NCBI GenBank assembly: GCA_965649765.1
Contig: OZ287749.1
Span: 65,100,001 to 65,164,000 of the forward strand
Source: Bispira polyomma
Lineage: Eukaryota
Reading direction: 5' to 3'
Length of the DNA: 64,000 bases
Under the pieces are notes generated by a model, which was not told where the DNA came from, ran no database searches, and saw only the letters and a list, made by a program, of their open reading frames with translations. Below are positions 60,342 through 64,000 of this stretch, one piece after another. The position numbers and the translations under genes were made by a program. How positions within the stretch are numbered: the stretch's first letter is position 1; every line of letters starts with the position of its first letter.

Positions 60342-62827
60342 CTATATAAGAGTGTTCACATGAAATAAATTTTCAGGGACAGGAAGCCATTGAATTGGTC
60401 CAGCCAGTTGATTTAATAATAGGTGGTTACTTTCTGTCTCGGCCCATCTGGAAAGTAAGTCAGCCACTTTATTTTCTCTACCTAGAATATGGACTACAAC
60501 AATTTCAATGTCAAACTTACTGGCTAACATGTATATGTTTCTGGTATAAGTGGCCAATATGGGGTCTCCAGTATGGCCTGTCTGTAAGACACTGACTACT
60601 GCCTGATTGTCACATCTTACTAAAATTTTCTGACCCTTCCATTTTTGGACCCATAACTTCATTGCTACCAAAATGTTCAACATTTCAAGAGAAGCTATAT
60701 TATACTCTGTCATACTTGTAGGAACTTTAATTTGGTATACTTGATTTCCATAAATCTCCCCCATGCCTGTGAGGCAGGCATCCAATTGTATCTCGCCTGA
60801 TATGGGTTTATGTAAGAAAAAGGAAACACCATTGAACTGCTCTGCAAAAGTTCTAAACCAATTTAAGTCACGTCTGAATGCATCACTTATTACAAATTTG
60901 TTTTTACTGTGATTGTCTCATAGCAGTTCCAACATTCTATTCAAGAAAACCCGAGCATATTTAATACATTTAGAGATATATAGCAAAAGGCCCAGTAAAG
61001 ACTGTAGTTCTCTCTTGGTACAATAGTTTTTTGAAGCCCAATCCCTGCACTTGCTCTGAATTTCTGCCATTTGTTCAGATGGGATAGAAGTTGTGCATTT
61101 GACTGTGTCGATTATTATGCCTAAGCAGACTACCTCAGTGCTGGGTGGAACCAATTTTTTCTGGCTAACTGTAAGACCCAGTTCAGCAAGCAATTCTTGC
61201 AGTCTTATGAACGTTTTCTGAATTTTACTGGGAAGTGATACACATAAAAAATCGTCGATATAATTGTGGATGTTATGATTTTTCTGAGTGCATTATGAAA
61301 AGCACTGCATCCGAAATTCGTTGAAAAATAGTACTGCCATTCAAATAACCAAACGGCAGCGATTTATCGACATAATAAGATTTCCACTTCAACCCTAAGA
61401 GGTCAATGTCGCCAGGGTCGATGGGGACGTGGCGAAACGCCCTACTCACGTCTATTTTAAATATCTGACAACCCTTACCCAATTTAGACTCTTCAGTAAT
61501 AAGATGATCAAAGGAAGGGTAAGACAGTAAAAAATTGACACCCAGATACGAAGTCGGAGAAGCACCTGCATTTACTGAAGCCCCCTGAGGCCAACTCAAA
61601 TCCACAATCACACGTCTGTTAATCGAGTTGGGTTTATGTCTGGTCATTAAAGGGGAACAATGCAAATTCTGAATTGGTGGAGTGTCAAAAGGACCAAGCA
61701 TTGCCCCAAAGCCACATTCTTCCTTCATATAGGCGTCTACATGTTGAGGAAATTCCTCTGCCGACTTATGGTTAGTTTCATTCGACTCGGTATGAATTTT
61801 TCGACACACATCAACAGGGAATCCGTATTTTATAAGGAGAGGCAGTTGCCAATCCCAGTAGGTTTGTAAATACTTTCCCCACGTTTCAGCTTTTAATTGA
61901 GAATGGACAGGAATCTGGAGGCCAGTATAATTATGCCTGCCATCATGGATAGTTTGTGCCCTCCCCCACCATGGTCAGCAATCTCACTGCCCAAAGCCGA
62001 GAGAGGAATAAATCCATAAGCATGACTACTCTGGTCCTGCCATTTTTTGTGTGTTTGATTCGAGGCCGCCTTCTTCAGCAACTCCCTTTTATTTTTCTTG
62101 TGCTTTAAAGCACACGAATACCTATCAGAGGTTTCAACATTTTCATTAACAAGTTCTGCGCAAGTATTTGTCTCTTGGTGCTTTGCAAAGCCCCCATTGT
62201 TACCCGGCGTGTTACTAGAGCGAACGACCCTCACAATGACTGCATTGTCCTCCACAGGTATCTGTGCCAACGCGGAAAACCGGTTGTTAAGCTGAAGGCC
62301 ACAGTTAGCTTCATTGACACGGCTCTTTTCACCCCCCTCTGAATCGATCTTCTAACACCTTTTGTCTCCACGCCCTGTTGCTTTGTGCATGGGGGTCGCT
62401 TCACAATAGGCGTCACCTTCTTAGCCACTTGAATGGAGGTGCCAATTACAGGTGTTAACTTTTCAAACCTTTGAATAGATGTGGCAGCAGAGGTGTCAAC
62501 ATTATTCTTGAGTTCAGCTCTGCCAACCTTTTGTGGTTGGCATAACCTACCCTTTTGTGTCACCTTTCCAGAGCTAAACCTGTCAACCCCACCCTTATGC
62601 CTCAGACTTTCTGTATGTCCAGTACTATATACAAACATTGATTTTCTGGTACTAGCAGTACTTTTTAAAGCATCACTATAACTAACATTAGGCCTTTTGA
62701 CCTTCATATATTTACACATTTTCTGATACACATTTTTTTCAAACAAATGAAAATCTTTGAAGCCTGTGCCATAGACAGTTCTATTTACAACCTTAAAATT
62801 TTTTACCTTTTTATCCACTGCATCCAA
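60342..62827 (-). pseudogene. pol (reverse transcriptase plus RNase H) of the YR retrotransposon
   Basis: RRVIVDLSWP, KIDVSRAFRH, LPFG, YIDD (61262-61251), CLGI; RNase H DAC...IASLEMLN...CDNQAVV...NKVADLLSRW. Several frameshifts and stops. Confidence 0.92.
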
Positions 62828-62838
62828 GCAGTGGCCCC

Positions 62839-63947
62839 TCAGTTTTTTGCCTCTTTTTTGCTACACATACTGGTCTTATGACTACCCCCACAAGTTTCAC
62901 AACTATGCCTATACATTTGCCCCCCTGTGTTATGTGAGCTAGAGAACTTGCAAGTTCCTTCTTGGAAGAACCTGCAAGGTGTCGACTTTTTCTGACTAGT
63001 TTTACTACTGCCAGTGCTAACAGCACGGCCATTTGCCTCATGAATAGATCTTGACACACCTACATGACGTTGGGCGAATCCGGTCGACCTTCTCGACATC
63101 CAACCACCCAAGCTTGTCCATTTCCATACTGGTTAGGACTACCACGTGGTAGGCCTTCGTCGCCTCCCACGAAAAGTCTTGGGTGTCCTCCATGAGGCCA
63201 CTCATGTAATCTAGCATAGCATTCTTAATTTCAGTCGACTTCTCCTCATGAGCGATCCGGGTGAAGCCACAAACCCATTGAACAAGGGTTAAGTCATCAT
63301 AGCTAGGGCGAGTCTTCGAACTGCCGGTCAGCACATAATTCTGGGGCCATTCGACCGCCTTTTTTACAATAACCTTGTTCCCCCCAGTTCTTTGAGACTT
63401 AATTTTACCTGAGGGATTTTCATTAAGAGACCGGAGGTCCTTTAACCTCTGTTCGACTTGCAACTGAATCTGGGCGTTCTGACTCAAAAATTCGACACTC
63501 AGAATGACAGTATCTGGGCCAGTAGGTGGGCTTTTACCTTCGTCAGCAGAGACTAGCTCTTTAGAAACACTAGGAGTGATGCTAGAAGGAACGATACTGG
63601 CCTTACTACTGGGCAACTCCCTTTGGTGGCCGTGGTTCGATTCCCCAACAGGGAGCCAAAAAAAACAAAAAAACCTTACTACTGGTGAGGTTGGCTGCTA
63701 ACGCTGCCTCTGTCTGCTGGACTCGCCGATCCATCCTCTCGACTACCTGGCTAAGCGATTGCAACTGCTGTAGTATAGCGCTAGATACAGCCTCGTTCGG
63801 ATGAACCAGCGAGTCCTCATGGGAGCCAGCGTCAACCTCCACTCCCTCACCTGAGATATCAGGCATATTAACCGAACAGTTTCTTCCAACAGGTCTCTCA
63901 TGCTTTTGCAAACATTTCGGACAAAACACAATCTTTTTACCTGGCAT
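62839..63947 (-). pseudogene. gag-like ORF of the YR retrotransposon (interrupted)
   Basis: N-terminal CPKC-x3-H-x7-C, central WPQNYV and QWVCGF motifs, C-terminal CRFFQEGTC...H-x-C-x2-C-x3-H-x4-C zinc finger. Broken by a 73-nt insertion plus TSD at 63601-63685 and a frameshift near 63075. Confidence 0.85.
63613..63673 (+). mobile_element. Short tRNA-derived retroposed insertion with A tail and 12-bp TSD
   Basis: GGTTCGATTCC B-box/T-loop, ACAGGGAG-CCA end, A-rich tail; TSD CCTTACTACTGG at 63601-63612 and 63674-63685. Confidence 0.85.
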
Positions 63948-64000
63948 GACTTGAGTGTATATTGAATTAAAATACTAAAACCATATAACAGTATAAAACA

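Larger units (their letters stand above)
58956..64000 (-). mobile_element. Tyrosine-recombinase retrotransposon (DIRS order, Ngaro-like layout), decayed; 5' end outside the window
   Basis: gag-like, RT-RNase H and YR ORFs in one orientation with frameshifts and stops; no integrase and no methyltransferase domain after RNase H; 16-bp inverted repeat at the 3' end. Confidence 0.92.

Noticed and set aside
63948-63975. Weak direct similarity to 59209-59235 as a possible split direct repeat
   Set aside because: Only about 18/26 identity in AT-rich DNA; not convincing without the sequence beyond the window.

Overview
AT-rich, repeat-dense eukaryotic DNA, probably from a marine invertebrate (the SINE/LINE/MITE repertoire looks lophotrochozoan or mollusc-like; this is inference). 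I rebuilt two spliced minus-strand genes by hand. (1) A 98-aa secreted precursor with a signal peptide, a KR site and a 6-Cys mature peptide with an eclosion-hormone-like framework. Its two coding exons (15890-15705 and 577-467) are separated by a 15.1-kb intron, and there is a probable TATA promoter and non-coding first exon near 17.6-17.7 kb. (2) A 13-coding-exon, 559-aa LRRC74-like protein (RNI-type LRRs plus a degenerate EF-hand region; 57505-43002) with all splice phases compatible. The right end (58956 to beyond 64000) is a decayed tyrosine-recombinase retrotransposon (gag, RT-RNase H, YR) with an Ngaro-like layout. It has three notable features: a phase-matched splice donor/acceptor pair that would fuse the gag N-terminus to the recombinase, an ICR-like 16-bp inverted repeat at the 3' end, and a small tRNA-derived retro-insertion in gag whose precise removal restores the frame. 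The rest is introns and intergenic DNA with tRNA-derived SINEs, L2/CR1/RTE-X/Tx1 LINE fragments, Helentron-like elements, MITEs and tandem repeats. I saw no CRISPR array, rRNA or intact tRNA gene. Boundaries of old repeats are approximate, and family names come from remembered motifs, not from a database search.
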